Of a DNA stretch of 64,000 bases, positions 9,475-19,220 are shown in pieces. The stretch lies in NCBI GenBank assembly GCA_041653755.1, contig JBAZEU010000001.1, positions 129,398-193,397 of the forward strand. The letters run 5' to 3'. Position 1 is the stretch's first letter. Every line of letters begins with the position of its first letter. Both the position numbers and the translations under genes were made by a program. The notes beneath the pieces were generated by a model. It saw nothing but the letters and a program-made list of their open reading frames with translations, made no database searches and was not told the DNA's origin. The stretch is from Minisyncoccota bacterium (GTDB lineage: Bacteria; Patescibacteriota; Minisyncoccia; UBA6257; UBA9933).

Positions 9475-10053
9475 ATGAGCAAAAAAATATTTTTGATAGT
9501 ATTTTGTTTCTTGCCAGTTATTTCCGTTTCAATGCCGGCAAACGCTCAGATCGTAACCAGCACTGCGACCACTACCGCAACCAGTACGATTGCTACAAGC
9601 ACCGCGACAACAACCGTGACTAGCACGGAAGAAATTCAATTAGAGGATTTAAGCATTGAAGAGCCGGGCATCTTGCCGGGCAACCCATTCTATTTTTTCA
9701 AAGAATGGCGAAGAGGATTTCAGTCATTGTTCACTAAAAATCCAGCCAAGAAAATTGAGCTAACCATTGAAGTCCTTAATAATAAAGCCGCTGAGATAAA
9801 GAAGCTTGAAGAAATTGCGCCACAAAACGTAGAAGCATTAAAGAAGGCGATTTTAAGTTATCAAGAAACACTTAACCAGCTAAAAGATCAGCTCAAATCC
9901 TCGGGGAGCGTTAATTTAAATACTCAAATGGATAGATTATTGAAATACCAAAGATTCTTTGAGGATTTAAAATTAAAAGTTGGTCAAGGATATGATAGCG
10001 TTATTGATTCAGTCCAGGAAGAAATTAATGAAATTATTGCAGGAATTAAATAG
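9475..10053 (+). CDS. secreted hypothetical protein (DUF5667-like)
   Basis: Signal peptide, T/A/S-rich linker, then a NPFYFFKEWRRGF motif. Confidence 0.45.
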   Translation: MSKKIFLIVFCFLPVISVSMPANAQIVTSTATTTATSTIATSTATTTVTSTEEIQLEDLSIEEPGILPGNPFYFFKEWRRGFQSLFTKNPAKKIELTIEVLNNKAAEIKKLEEIAPQNVEALKKAILSYQETLNQLKDQLKSSGSVNLNTQMDRLLKYQRFFEDLKLKVGQGYDSVIDSVQEEINEIIAGIK

Positions 10054-10071
10054 AAATAAATAGTTGTTGAA

Positions 10072-11778
10072 ATGCTCTCTGAAGAAATTAGAAAATCTTT
10101 TCTTGAGTTTTTTAAAAAGAAGGGGCACATAGTCGTTCCTTCTTCATCTTTAATTCCAGATGACCCGTCAGTTCTTCTTACTACTGCCGGAATGCAGCAA
10201 TTCAAAAGATATTATACCGGAGAATTAAATCCGTTAAGCGATTTCGGTTCTCAGAGAGTAACTTCAATACAAAAATGTTTTCGAACTTCTGACATTGATG
10301 AAGTTGGTGATGATTCGCATGATACTTTTTTTGAAATGCTGGGTAATTTTTCTTTCGGCCCGGTTGGCCCGGATAATCCTTTAAATAACGGGGAAGACGG
10401 TTATTTTAAAAAATCAGCCATAAATTGGGGTTTTGAATTTTTAAACAAAGAATTAAAAATTGATTCCAAAAGAATAAAAGTTTCGGTTTTCGAAGGCGAT
10501 GACGATGTTGAATTTGATAAAGAATCTTATGAAATCGTAAAGCAACTGGGTTTCTCGGAAGAACAAATCATAAAAGGGAATAGGAACGACAATTTTTGGG
10601 GGCCGACAGGAAATAACGGCCCTTGTGGCCCAACTGTAGAATTTTATGTTGATGACCTTGAGATCTGGAATTTAGTTTTTAACGAATACTTTAAAGACGA
10701 AAACGGTTTAAGAAAATTAAATAATCCGGGCGTTGATACTGGGATGGGGATAGAACGTTTGGCGATGGTTTTACAAAAAGTTCCGACGATTTTTGAAACT
10801 GATTTATTTGAACCGATTATATCTATTTTGTCCGTTGAATTATCGTCTCGCGCTAAAAGAATTATAGCTGATCACTCGCGGGCCATAGCCTTTTTGTTAT
10901 CTGATGGCGTACGCCCTTCAAACAAAGAAGCTGGTTATGTTTTAAGAAGATTAATGAGGAGGGTTATCGTTTATGAAAATAATCTAGATTTGAATATTCA
11001 AGAATTGCTTCGCAGGATTATCGATGAATATAAAAATATTTATCCGGAATTAAATGAGGATGTTGTTATCTCTGAATTTGATATTGAAAGCAAGAAATTT
11101 AAATCAGCCCTAATAAAGGGGGTGGGGGAGCTGAAGAAGCTTGAAACCATTGATGCTCAACAGGCATTTAAGCTTTATGAGAGCTACGGTATTCCTTATG
11201 AAGTAATAAAAGAAATTGGCGCTGAAAAAGCTATTTCTTTAACGCGTGAAGATTTTGACGAAGAATTTAAAAAACATCAGGAAATTTCTAGGGCTGGAGC
11301 TGAAAAGAAATTTGGCGGACATGGAATAATTTCAGAAGAAGACGAAAAGACAAAAGTAAAGTTGCATACTGCGACCCATTTGCTTCATTGGGCGTTGAGA
11401 GAAGTTTTAGGCAAAGAAGTTCAGCAAATGGGGTCGGATATTAATTTAGAACGGCTTCGTTTTGATTTCAGCTTTGATCGCAAACTAACCGCTGAAGAAC
11501 TTAAACAAATCGAGGATTTGGTCAATCAAAAAATTAAAGAAAATTTAGCCGTAACATTCCAGGAAATGCCCAAGGAGGAAGCCGAAAAAACTGGTGCCTT
11601 AGCGTTTTTCAGGCAAAAATATCCAGATATTGTTAAGGTTTATTCTATCGGCGATATAAGTAAAGAATTTTGTGCAGGACCGCACGTAAAAAATACAGGC
11701 GAAATAGGGACTTTTAAAATTTTGAAAGAAGAATCGGTGAGTGCCGGCCTAAGAAGAATAAAAGCTACGATAACATAA
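10072..11778 (+). CDS. alaS: alanine--tRNA ligase (compact form)
   Basis: AlaRS N-terminus (SSLIPDDPSVLLTTAGMQQFK; GPCGPTVEFY...EIWNLVF) and editing-type HxxxH...CxGxH motifs (HTATHLLH; CAGPHV). Only 568 aa. Confidence 0.8.
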   Translation: MLSEEIRKSFLEFFKKKGHIVVPSSSLIPDDPSVLLTTAGMQQFKRYYTGELNPLSDFGSQRVTSIQKCFRTSDIDEVGDDSHDTFFEMLGNFSFGPVGPDNPLNNGEDGYFKKSAINWGFEFLNKELKIDSKRIKVSVFEGDDDVEFDKESYEIVKQLGFSEEQIIKGNRNDNFWGPTGNNGPCGPTVEFYVDDLEIWNLVFNEYFKDENGLRKLNNPGVDTGMGIERLAMVLQKVPTIFETDLFEPIISILSVELSSRAKRIIADHSRAIAFLLSDGVRPSNKEAGYVLRRLMRRVIVYENNLDLNIQELLRRIIDEYKNIYPELNEDVVISEFDIESKKFKSALIKGVGELKKLETIDAQQAFKLYESYGIPYEVIKEIGAEKAISLTREDFDEEFKKHQEISRAGAEKKFGGHGIISEEDEKTKVKLHTATHLLHWALREVLGKEVQQMGSDINLERLRFDFSFDRKLTAEELKQIEDLVNQKIKENLAVTFQEMPKEEAEKTGALAFFRQKYPDIVKVYSIGDISKEFCAGPHVKNTGEIGTFKILKEESVSAGLRRIKATIT

Positions 11779-11779
11779 A

Positions 11780-12961
11780 ATGTTTTCATTTCTAAAAAAC
11801 TTTTTCCGGAACAACAAAAAAGACAATTTTTTGATAATGAGTTTTTTGGAGAACAGGACAGAACTAGTTGCTTTAGAAGCTGATTTTATAAACAAAGATT
11901 TAGAAATAAAAACTATTTTTACAAAAGAGATGCCGGACGCTCTAATTGCTAAAGATATCCCGTTAGAAATCATAACCTATTTAAAAAAGATTTTTTCGAG
12001 CGTTTTTTATCCCAAGGCCTATAAAGTGATTTTTGTTTTCGGGCCAGGATTAGCGGTAACTAATTTCGGATCAGTGAGCGTTTTGCGCGACAACATTCAC
12101 GAATTAATAACTGAGGCCAATCTCGAAAATTTAATTTCTAAAGCGACATTCAATTTTTTCGGCCCTCATCGAAAATATGCCAGTAACCGATTCAACGCTT
12201 CAGAACTTGAAACGCTTATTTGCGATGTGAGAATTTATGATGTTTTACTCGATAAGCATCCGAGCATTAATCTTCTGAAGGAAAAAGGCAAGAAATTGGA
12301 ATTTTATCTTAGCGAAACATTTTGCCATCGTGATTTTTTGAAGAAAATAATTTCTCTTTTGCCGGCTCGGGCGAAGCTGGCGTTTATCACCGAGGGGGGA
12401 TCAACGCTGGTTCATTTAGCCGCTCGATTTCTAAAAAAGCCGTTTTTATTCGCTAGAGTCGGTCTTCACGAGACCAATCTTTTTTTGAAAGCTAAAGATG
12501 GGAATATCAGTTATTTTGACAGCTTTGAATGGGGGAAAGACGTCCTTTATGCGTCTTTGGCCAAAGAATTATGCGTTTCTAAAGAAGTTGCTAAATCAAT
12601 TTTAATGCGTTATCTTAAAAATAATACATCGTCTTTATTTGCGAGAAAGCTCGGTCTTTTGGTTAAAAAAGAATTGGCTTTGTTGAATAAAGGCCTCGAG
12701 ATAATGAAATCAAAAGCCAAAATAAAATCTTTAGCTCTTGAGTTGGAACCATTGCTTATTAAAGATTTGAAACTGAAAAATATTTCATCTAAGTCGTTAA
12801 TGTCTATAGATTCTGAAACAATTTTAAACTTTTTTAACTTTCAAACAGACAATGGCCTCGGTTTATACAGCTTAGCTGCTTTATTAGAGTCATATTTCAC
12901 TCCACAAGAAGATTTGATTAATAAATTAGCGAGGCGAAGAATGAGATGGTTAATTCCTTGA
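11780..12961 (+). CDS. hypothetical protein, possibly actin-like ATPase (PilM/FtsA-like)
   Basis: ITEGGSTLVHLAARFL resembles the GGG..L motif of the FtsA/PilM family; weak N-terminal similarity. Confidence 0.35.
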   Translation: MFSFLKNFFRNNKKDNFLIMSFLENRTELVALEADFINKDLEIKTIFTKEMPDALIAKDIPLEIITYLKKIFSSVFYPKAYKVIFVFGPGLAVTNFGSVSVLRDNIHELITEANLENLISKATFNFFGPHRKYASNRFNASELETLICDVRIYDVLLDKHPSINLLKEKGKKLEFYLSETFCHRDFLKKIISLLPARAKLAFITEGGSTLVHLAARFLKKPFLFARVGLHETNLFLKAKDGNISYFDSFEWGKDVLYASLAKELCVSKEVAKSILMRYLKNNTSSLFARKLGLLVKKELALLNKGLEIMKSKAKIKSLALELEPLLIKDLKLKNISSKSLMSIDSETILNFFNFQTDNGLGLYSLAALLESYFTPQEDLINKLARRRMRWLIP

Positions 12962-14316
12962 ACAACAATCCTCCGAAAAAAATAAAAATGGTTGATATTG
13001 TCAGGCCGCCGAAAAAAGTTGAAACGCAGAAGAAAATAGAACCAAAAAAAGAAGTTGTCGAAGAAGAGATTAACCAGATTTTTTATTCCGAAGAAAAGAA
13101 GATTGGAACACTGAAATATATAAAACCTATAATCCCGAAGAAAGAAGTGCTCCCGAGAAAACCAAGAGAAAGAAGGCCTTTTAAAAAAATTCCTTTTAAG
13201 TTGGTGTTAGCCATTGTCGTTGTTTGTGTCTTAGTCTATTTAGCTTTTTGGATTTTGCCCAAAGCCGATATTAACATTGTTACCAAAAAAGCGTCTTTGG
13301 ATATTAATGAACAAATAGTAGCGACTAAAAATATAAGCGGAGTTAGTATCGGTCCAAAACAAGTTCCAGCCGAAGTTTTTTCTCAAAAAAAGAATGACGT
13401 TTTTTCTTTCCCGGCAACAGGGAAGAAAAACGTTGAAAGAAAAGCCAGCGGCTCAATAACAATTTTTAATACTTTTAGCTCAGATAACCAGCCATTAGTG
13501 GCTAATACCCGTCTTCTTGCGCCAGACGGAAAAGTTTTTCGTCTAGAAAAAAGCATTGTTGTTCCGGGCGCTAAAATCGTTGGAGGCAAAATTGTTTCTT
13601 CAAGCATTCAAACAACTGTTATCGCTGATAAACCGGGGCAGCAATATAATATTGGGCCAACGGCTAATTTTACTATTCCTGGTTTTCAAGGATCAGAAAA
13701 ATACCAAAGTTTCTATGGCAAATCAGACGTTTCTATGAGCGGCGGTTTTATCGGCGAAGTTAAGGTGCCGACAGAAGAAGATATTAAAAAAGCGAAAGAA
13801 AGCTCAGAGAAATCCCTGAAAGAATATCTTGATTCTTTCTTCGCCGTGCAAATTCCTCACGACTTTAAGATTATTGACGGAGCAAGTCAGTTTAAGGTTT
13901 TGAAAGAGGAAGCCGGCAAAGAAGCGGATGATCAGGGGAATTTTCCTCTTGTTATTGAAGCGGAAGCATCCGCTATTGGTTTTAGGGAAAGCGATGTTAT
14001 AGCTATCTTTTCTGATATGGCAAAAGGAAAGCTTGCTGATGGATTTACTCTGAATACTTACGAGATCTCATACGCTAATGCTAATGCCGATTTTGTGAAG
14101 GGGATTCTTAATTTCTCGGCTGATTTCAACGGGATGTTCAACCCGCCGATAGATATAAACGCTTTCAAGCGGCAAATCGTTGGTAAAAATGAGCTTGATC
14201 TTAAAACCTTTATTTTTGCCCAGCCCGACATTGAAAAAGCAACTATTTCTTTCTGGCCGTTCTGGGTTAAAAAAGCCCCGAACAACATAAACAAGGTTAA
14301 TATAACGGTTAAATAG
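12946..14316 (+). CDS. membrane-anchored hypothetical protein
   Basis: Single transmembrane helix (LVLAIVVVCVLVYLAFWIL) after a basic N-terminus; overlaps the upstream gene (operon). Confidence 0.4.
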   Translation: MVNSLNNNPPKKIKMVDIVRPPKKVETQKKIEPKKEVVEEEINQIFYSEEKKIGTLKYIKPIIPKKEVLPRKPRERRPFKKIPFKLVLAIVVVCVLVYLAFWILPKADINIVTKKASLDINEQIVATKNISGVSIGPKQVPAEVFSQKKNDVFSFPATGKKNVERKASGSITIFNTFSSDNQPLVANTRLLAPDGKVFRLEKSIVVPGAKIVGGKIVSSSIQTTVIADKPGQQYNIGPTANFTIPGFQGSEKYQSFYGKSDVSMSGGFIGEVKVPTEEDIKKAKESSEKSLKEYLDSFFAVQIPHDFKIIDGASQFKVLKEEAGKEADDQGNFPLVIEAEASAIGFRESDVIAIFSDMAKGKLADGFTLNTYEISYANANADFVKGILNFSADFNGMFNPPIDINAFKRQIVGKNELDLKTFIFAQPDIEKATISFWPFWVKKAPNNINKVNITVK

Positions 14317-14330
14317 GTTTTGCCGAAGGG

Positions 14331-14359
14331 TTGACTTTTTAGGTGATTTAGATTAATAT
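14331..14359 (+). promoter_or_regulatory. promoter (TTGACT-17-TAATAT)
   Basis: Upstream of infA and the ribosomal protein run. Confidence 0.45.
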
Positions 14360-14364
14360 TATTT

Positions 14365-14574
14365 TTGGTTTTTATGAAAGAAAAAATTGAAGGAGTCGTT
14401 ATCGAATCATTGCCGGGAACCAATTTTTTGGTTGAGCTAAAAGACGGAAAGAAGATTTTGGCTTATCTTTCCGGTAAGATGAGATTGTATTACATTAAAG
14501 TATTGCCAGGAGATAGAGTGCAGATGGAGTTAAGCCCTGATGGGCAAAGAGGAAGAGTCGTAAAAAGACTTTAA
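14365..14574 (+). CDS. infA: translation initiation factor IF-1
   Basis: S1-like motif [16 protein letters not shown]; the true start may be the second Met (MKEK, 14374). Confidence 0.85.
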   Translation: MVFMKEKIEGVVIESLPGTNFLVELKDGKKILAYLSGKMRLYYIKVLPGDRVQMELSPDGQRGRVVKRL

Positions 14575-14649
14575 GGATGGGTTTATGGGTGCAACTTAGA
14601 AAGGTTGCGTAAACTGCAAACTGATTTTTATTTACAAAATATATATAAA

Positions 14650-14766
14650 ATGAAAGTACAGCCATCGGTAAAGAAAATTTGTAAAAATTGTAAAACAGTT
14701 CGACGTCGAGGTCGAATTTTTGTGATTTGCAAAAAGAATCCAAAACATAAACAAAGACAAGGATAA
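14650..14766 (+). CDS. rpmJ: 50S ribosomal protein L36
   Basis: 38-aa [41 protein letters not shown], absent from the ORF track. Confidence 0.85.
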   Translation: MKVQPSVKKICKNCKTVRRRGRIFVICKKNPKHKQRQG

Positions 14767-14769
14767 CAC

Positions 14770-15156
14770 ATGAGAATTGCAGGGATTAACATCCCAGACC
14801 AAAAAAGAATAGAATTCGCTTTAACCTATATTTACGGCATAGGCGATCATACGTCTGGCCAGATTTTAGAAGCAACAAAGATTGATAAGTCAAAAAGAGC
14901 AAAGGACTTAAGCCCAGAAGAGCTTAATAAAATTACAAAAGAAATCGCTTCAAGAGGAATAAAAATCGAAGGAGAGTTACGGCAAGTTATAAAATCTAAC
15001 ATTACTCGATTAAAAGAAATCAGCTGTTATCGGGGAATAAGACATCAAAGAGGTTTGCCGGTCAGAGGCCAGCGCACCAAGACCAATTCTCGAACAGTGA
15101 GAGGAAACGTCAGAAAAACGGTCGGCAGCGGAAAAAGAAAAGTAGATTTGAAGTAA
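14770..15156 (+). CDS. rpsM: 30S ribosomal protein S13
   Basis: MRIAGINIP...IRHQRGLPVRGQRTKTN. Confidence 0.9.
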   Translation: MRIAGINIPDQKRIEFALTYIYGIGDHTSGQILEATKIDKSKRAKDLSPEELNKITKEIASRGIKIEGELRQVIKSNITRLKEISCYRGIRHQRGLPVRGQRTKTNSRTVRGNVRKTVGSGKRKVDLK

Positions 15157-15181
15157 AAGTTTAAATAAATTTATTCGTATC

Positions 15182-15634
15182 ATGGGAAAGAAAAAAGTTA
15201 TCAAACAAACCGAAGCAGAGGTTTTAAAAGAAAAAGACGTTGTTGATGCAGCTAGCGTTGCGAAGAAATCAACTAAAGCAGGCAAAAAGATTGAGACCTG
15301 TCGAGTTTATGTTAATGCTTCTTATAACAACACTCTTATGACAATGGTTGATAAAAATGGCGGTGTTTTAGGTTGGGCATCAGCCGGTTCAATGGGTTTT
15401 TCCGGTCCGAAAAAATCAACTCCTTTTGCCGCTTCAAAAGTTGCCGAGGTAATAAACGAAAAAATGAGACAGCTTGAGCCGCAGACGGTGGAAATTATCG
15501 TTAAGGGCATCGGTAGCGGTCGTGATTCCGCAGTCAGATCAATTGCAGGCGGCGGATTTAATATAGTTTCAATCAAAGACGTAACTCCAATTCCACACAA
15601 TGGTCCGAGACCTAGAAAAGTAAGAAGAGTTTAA
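15182..15634 (+). CDS. rpsK: 30S ribosomal protein S11
   Basis: NNTLMTMVD...GWASAGSMGFSGPKKSTPFAA. Confidence 0.9.
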   Translation: MGKKKVIKQTEAEVLKEKDVVDAASVAKKSTKAGKKIETCRVYVNASYNNTLMTMVDKNGGVLGWASAGSMGFSGPKKSTPFAASKVAEVINEKMRQLEPQTVEIIVKGIGSGRDSAVRSIAGGGFNIVSIKDVTPIPHNGPRPRKVRRV

Positions 15635-15642
15635 TTTTTTCA

Positions 15643-16254
15643 ATGATTCATCTAAAAGAGAAAAAAGAAAGATCATTAGGAGCCAAGCTTTTTCTGAAAG
15701 GGGAGCGTTGTAATTCTCCAAAATGCGCTTTAACAAGAAGACCTACTCGTCCAGGAGTGCACGGAAAAAGAAGAAAAATTGTTTCTGAATACGGTCATCA
15801 GCTTTCGGAAAAGCAGAAGATTAAATTTAGCTATGGCTTAAACGAAAGACAGATTGAAACAATTTTCCAAAAGGCTTTGAAAAAACCGGGAGCCATCAAA
15901 GATTTTATTGTTAAAGAGCTGGAAACGCGATTGGACAACGCGGTCTTTAGACTTGGGTTAGCATCTTCAAAAAGAGTAGCCCGGCAAATGGTTTCTCATA
16001 AGCATATTCTTGTGAACGGGAAAAGGGTGTCAGCTCCTTCTTATAAAGTTTTAGTCAATGACGTGATAAGCATCAGGCCCCAATCGAAAGACCTTCCTCT
16101 TTTCAAGGAATTGAAAAATACTTTGAAGAATTATCAGCCGCCAGTTTGGTTAGCGCTGGATCAGGAAAAAATTGAAGGCAAAATTTTAGCTCTTCCTTCG
16201 GAGGTCGATAGCATATTTGATATTAACTTAGTAGTCGATTATTATTCAAAATAA
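15643..16254 (+). CDS. rpsD: 30S ribosomal protein S4
   Basis: N-terminal C..C.. region and S4 domain (LVNGKRVSAPSYKV). Confidence 0.9.
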   Translation: MIHLKEKKERSLGAKLFLKGERCNSPKCALTRRPTRPGVHGKRRKIVSEYGHQLSEKQKIKFSYGLNERQIETIFQKALKKPGAIKDFIVKELETRLDNAVFRLGLASSKRVARQMVSHKHILVNGKRVSAPSYKVLVNDVISIRPQSKDLPLFKELKNTLKNYQPPVWLALDQEKIEGKILALPSEVDSIFDINLVVDYYSK

Positions 16255-16262
16255 TATTATAC

Positions 16263-17030
16263 ATGAATCAGCCAAATATCTTAGAATCAATAAAAATTAA
16301 AACTGTTTCCGAAACCGAGCAAAAAGGAGTTTTTGAGATGGAAGGCCTCTATCGCGGTTATGGGACAACAATGGGAAATGCCTTGCGCAGGATACTTTTG
16401 TCGTCTCTGAAAGGAGCGGCCGTCACGAAAGTAAAAATTAAAGGGGTTAATCATGAGTTTTCTTCCGTTGAAGGAGTTATGGAAGATGTCATTGAAATCG
16501 CTTTAAATCTCAAAAGAATTCGTTTTCGAATGCATACCGATGAGCCTCAGGTTTTATCTTTGAAGGTTAAGGGGGAGAAAGAAGTAAAAGCCGAAGATAT
16601 AGAAACTAACGCTCAAATTGAGGTTATTAACCTTGATAGTCATATTGCTACTTTGACCAGCAAAAGCATGACCTTGGAGATGGAACTGACAATCGAAAAA
16701 GGGTTGGGATATGTGCCGACCGAAGAAAGAAAAACCGAAAAGCTATCAGTTGGAACAATTGCTATTGATGCTATTTTTACGCCGGTAACAAATGTTAATT
16801 TTACGGTTGAAGATATGCGAGTAGGGGAAAGAACTGACTATAACCGTTTGAAACTTCTGATTGATACTGATGGGACTGTTAGTCCGTCAGCCGCTCTTAA
16901 AGAATCAATAGACATTTTAAAGGCTCATCTTGAAAAAATTTCTATTTTTGATGTCAAAGGAGTGAAAGAGCCAAAAGAAGCCAAAAAAGAAACTGTTAAA
17001 AAGGCAAAGAAAGCCGGTAAAAAGAAATAA
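16263..17030 (+). CDS. rpoA: DNA-directed RNA polymerase alpha subunit, N-terminal domain only with Lys-rich tail
   Basis: Alpha-NTD motifs (GYGTTMGNALRRILLSS); only 255 aa, ending KKETVKKAKKAGKKK with no alpha-CTD. Confidence 0.85.
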   Translation: MNQPNILESIKIKTVSETEQKGVFEMEGLYRGYGTTMGNALRRILLSSLKGAAVTKVKIKGVNHEFSSVEGVMEDVIEIALNLKRIRFRMHTDEPQVLSLKVKGEKEVKAEDIETNAQIEVINLDSHIATLTSKSMTLEMELTIEKGLGYVPTEERKTEKLSVGTIAIDAIFTPVTNVNFTVEDMRVGERTDYNRLKLLIDTDGTVSPSAALKESIDILKAHLEKISIFDVKGVKEPKEAKKETVKKAKKAGKKK

Positions 17031-17036
17031 CGCATC

Positions 17037-17390
17037 ATGAAGCATAAGGTCAGGGGAAGAAAATTTCATCGTAAGAAAGGGCAACGAAATGCCCTTTTGA
17101 AGATCTTGGCTAATAACTTGATTATCAAAGAGAAGATAGAGACCACCAATGCTAAAGCTAAAGAAATAAAACCAATCGTGGAAAAATTGGTTACTTTAGC
17201 CAAAAAGAATAATTTGGGAGCGTTCCGTATTCTTCTTTCGCGTTTGCCGAGAAAAGCCGCTCAAAAAATTTTTTATGATCTTGCTCCTCGCTATAAAGAT
17301 CGCAAGGGCGGATATTTAAGAATAATCAAAGGCACAAAGCCAAGAAGAAAAGATGCTACCATAGTTTCAATAATAGAATTTATAAAATAA
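17037..17390 (+). CDS. rplQ: 50S ribosomal protein L17
   Basis: MKHKVRGRKF.RKKGQRNALLK... Confidence 0.9.
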   Translation: MKHKVRGRKFHRKKGQRNALLKILANNLIIKEKIETTNAKAKEIKPIVEKLVTLAKKNNLGAFRILLSRLPRKAAQKIFYDLAPRYKDRKGGYLRIIKGTKPRRKDATIVSIIEFIK

Positions 17391-17435
17391 ATTATATATC
17401 GAATAAAATTCGCTATAGAGTTTGTTAAATAAGAA

Positions 17436-17777
17436 ATGGATTACACTATTGACGCTAAAAATAAAAAATTAGGACGGCTCGCTTCAGAGATAGCGATAAT
17501 TTTACAAGGCAAAAAAACTCCGAAATACGAGCCGCGTTTGGATTTGGATTTTAAAGTAACCGTTAAAAACATTGATAAGCTTGATATTAACGCTAAGAAG
17601 TTTGAGACAAAAATTTATAAGCATCACACCGGTTATATCGGCCATTTGAAAGAGAGAACGTTGAAGGTTGCTTTTGAAAAAAGTCCGGCTTGGGTTTTGA
17701 AACACGCTGTTTCCGGAATGCTCCCAAAAAATAGATTACTGGCAAAACGAATTAAAAGATTAGTAATTGAGAATTAA
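17436..17777 (+). CDS. rplM: 50S ribosomal protein L13
   Basis: L13 N-terminus and KLGRLASEIA motif. Confidence 0.9.
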   Translation: MDYTIDAKNKKLGRLASEIAIILQGKKTPKYEPRLDLDFKVTVKNIDKLDINAKKFETKIYKHHTGYIGHLKERTLKVAFEKSPAWVLKHAVSGMLPKNRLLAKRIKRLVIEN

Positions 17778-18276
17778 AATGACAAAGAAAGTTATTGCTA
17801 AAACAAAAGAGGTGAAAGAAGCGAAAAAACTCGCCTTCGACAAGGCTCCCGCCGCCGCTAAGGCTTTGGCAGGCAAGTCGGCAGGCAGAGAAAAATATTT
17901 TGAAGCGGTTGGCCGAAGAAAAACCTCAATTGCGAGGGTCCGGCTTTATACCAAGCAAGGCGATATTGTTGTTAATGATAAAGATTATTCAAAATATTTC
18001 CCGACTTTACGTCTTCAAAAAGCGGTTATCTCACCGATAAAAGAATTGAGCGTAGCCGATAAAGTAGGCGTTACGGCGAAAGTGCAGGGAGGCGGAATAA
18101 ATTCTCAAGCTGGAGCAGTCCGATTGGGCATCTCAAGAGCATTGGTTTTGTACAACGCTAATTTCAGAAAGCCGCTGCGAAAAGTTGGCTATCTGACGCG
18201 GGATGCTCGCGCAGTTGAGCGAAAGAAATACGGCCTTAAAAAGGCCCGACGCGCTCCACAATGGAAAAAGAGATAA
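17767..18276 (+). CDS. rpsI: 30S ribosomal protein S9 with Lys/Ala-rich N-terminal extension
   Basis: C-terminal GGGINSQAGAVRLGISRAL...RKKYGLKKARRAPQWKKR; about 35-aa N-terminal extension. Confidence 0.85.
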   Translation: MRIKMTKKVIAKTKEVKEAKKLAFDKAPAAAKALAGKSAGREKYFEAVGRRKTSIARVRLYTKQGDIVVNDKDYSKYFPTLRLQKAVISPIKELSVADKVGVTAKVQGGGINSQAGAVRLGISRALVLYNANFRKPLRKVGYLTRDARAVERKKYGLKKARRAPQWKKR

Positions 18277-19187
18277 AAATTTACGACCTTATTATTGTTG
18301 GTGGTGGACCGGCAGGAATTACTGCTGGCATTTATGCTAGCCGGTCAAAATTGAAGATTCTTCTAATCACCAAAGACTTTATTGGTCAGATTGGGAATAG
18401 CGCATTAGTTGAAAATTATCCTGGATTGGAAAAAATTACCGGTCTTGAATTAATGTCTAAATTAAGAAAGCACTTGGAAACTTTTCCGATAGAGACGCGC
18501 AATAACGAAAAAGTTATAAAAATTGACAAAAATAAAGATGTTTTTTGGGTTGAAACTGATAAAGGCAAATATCTTTCGAAAACCATAATTCTTGCCGTAG
18601 GCAGAACTTATAAGCAATTGAACGTTCCGGGAGAAAAAGGATTGCTTGGGAAAGGCGTATCGACTTGTTCGATTTGCGATGCTTATTTCTTTAAAGATAA
18701 AGACGTGGCGGTTGTTGGTGGAGGAAACAGCGGATGTCAGGCGGTTCTCGCGCTTATGCCGTTGGCAAAAAAAATATATTTGTTCAGCAAAGATAATAAG
18801 CTGGTTTGCGAAAAGATTTATCAGGATAGAATCTCAAATTTTGCCAAGCTTGAAGTCCTCTATGATGTTGAAATAAAAGAAGTTTTGGGACAGAACCATG
18901 TTGAAGGAATTAAGGCGGAGCTTAAAAACGGAGAAGAAAAAACTTTTAAAGTAGACGGAATTTTTGTCTCAATAGGATATAAACCTCAAACGGATTTTGT
19001 GAAGGGCTTTGTTAACCTTGATAGTTTAGGCCATATAATCGTGAATCCCCAAACAGCTGAAACATCTCAATCGGGAGTTTTTGCCGCTGGTGACGTTACC
19101 GATGCTTTCCCTAAGCAGGTTGTGATTGCTACTTCTCAAGGAGCAACAGCGGCTATTTCGGCTTCAAAATATCTAGAAAATAGATAG
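18261..19187 (+). CDS. trxB: thioredoxin-disulfide reductase
   Basis: FAD site GGGPAG, redox CxxC (CSIC), NAD(P) site GGGNSG. Confidence 0.8.
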   Translation: MEKEIKIYDLIIVGGGPAGITAGIYASRSKLKILLITKDFIGQIGNSALVENYPGLEKITGLELMSKLRKHLETFPIETRNNEKVIKIDKNKDVFWVETDKGKYLSKTIILAVGRTYKQLNVPGEKGLLGKGVSTCSICDAYFFKDKDVAVVGGGNSGCQAVLALMPLAKKIYLFSKDNKLVCEKIYQDRISNFAKLEVLYDVEIKEVLGQNHVEGIKAELKNGEEKTFKVDGIFVSIGYKPQTDFVKGFVNLDSLGHIIVNPQTAETSQSGVFAAGDVTDAFPKQVVIATSQGATAAISASKYLENR

Positions 19188-19220
19188 TATAACGGTTTTT
19201 ACTATATAATAGATTCAGGT

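Noticed and set aside
18646-18876. 76-aa alternative-frame ORF inside trxB
   Set aside because: It is embedded in a conserved gene in a different frame.
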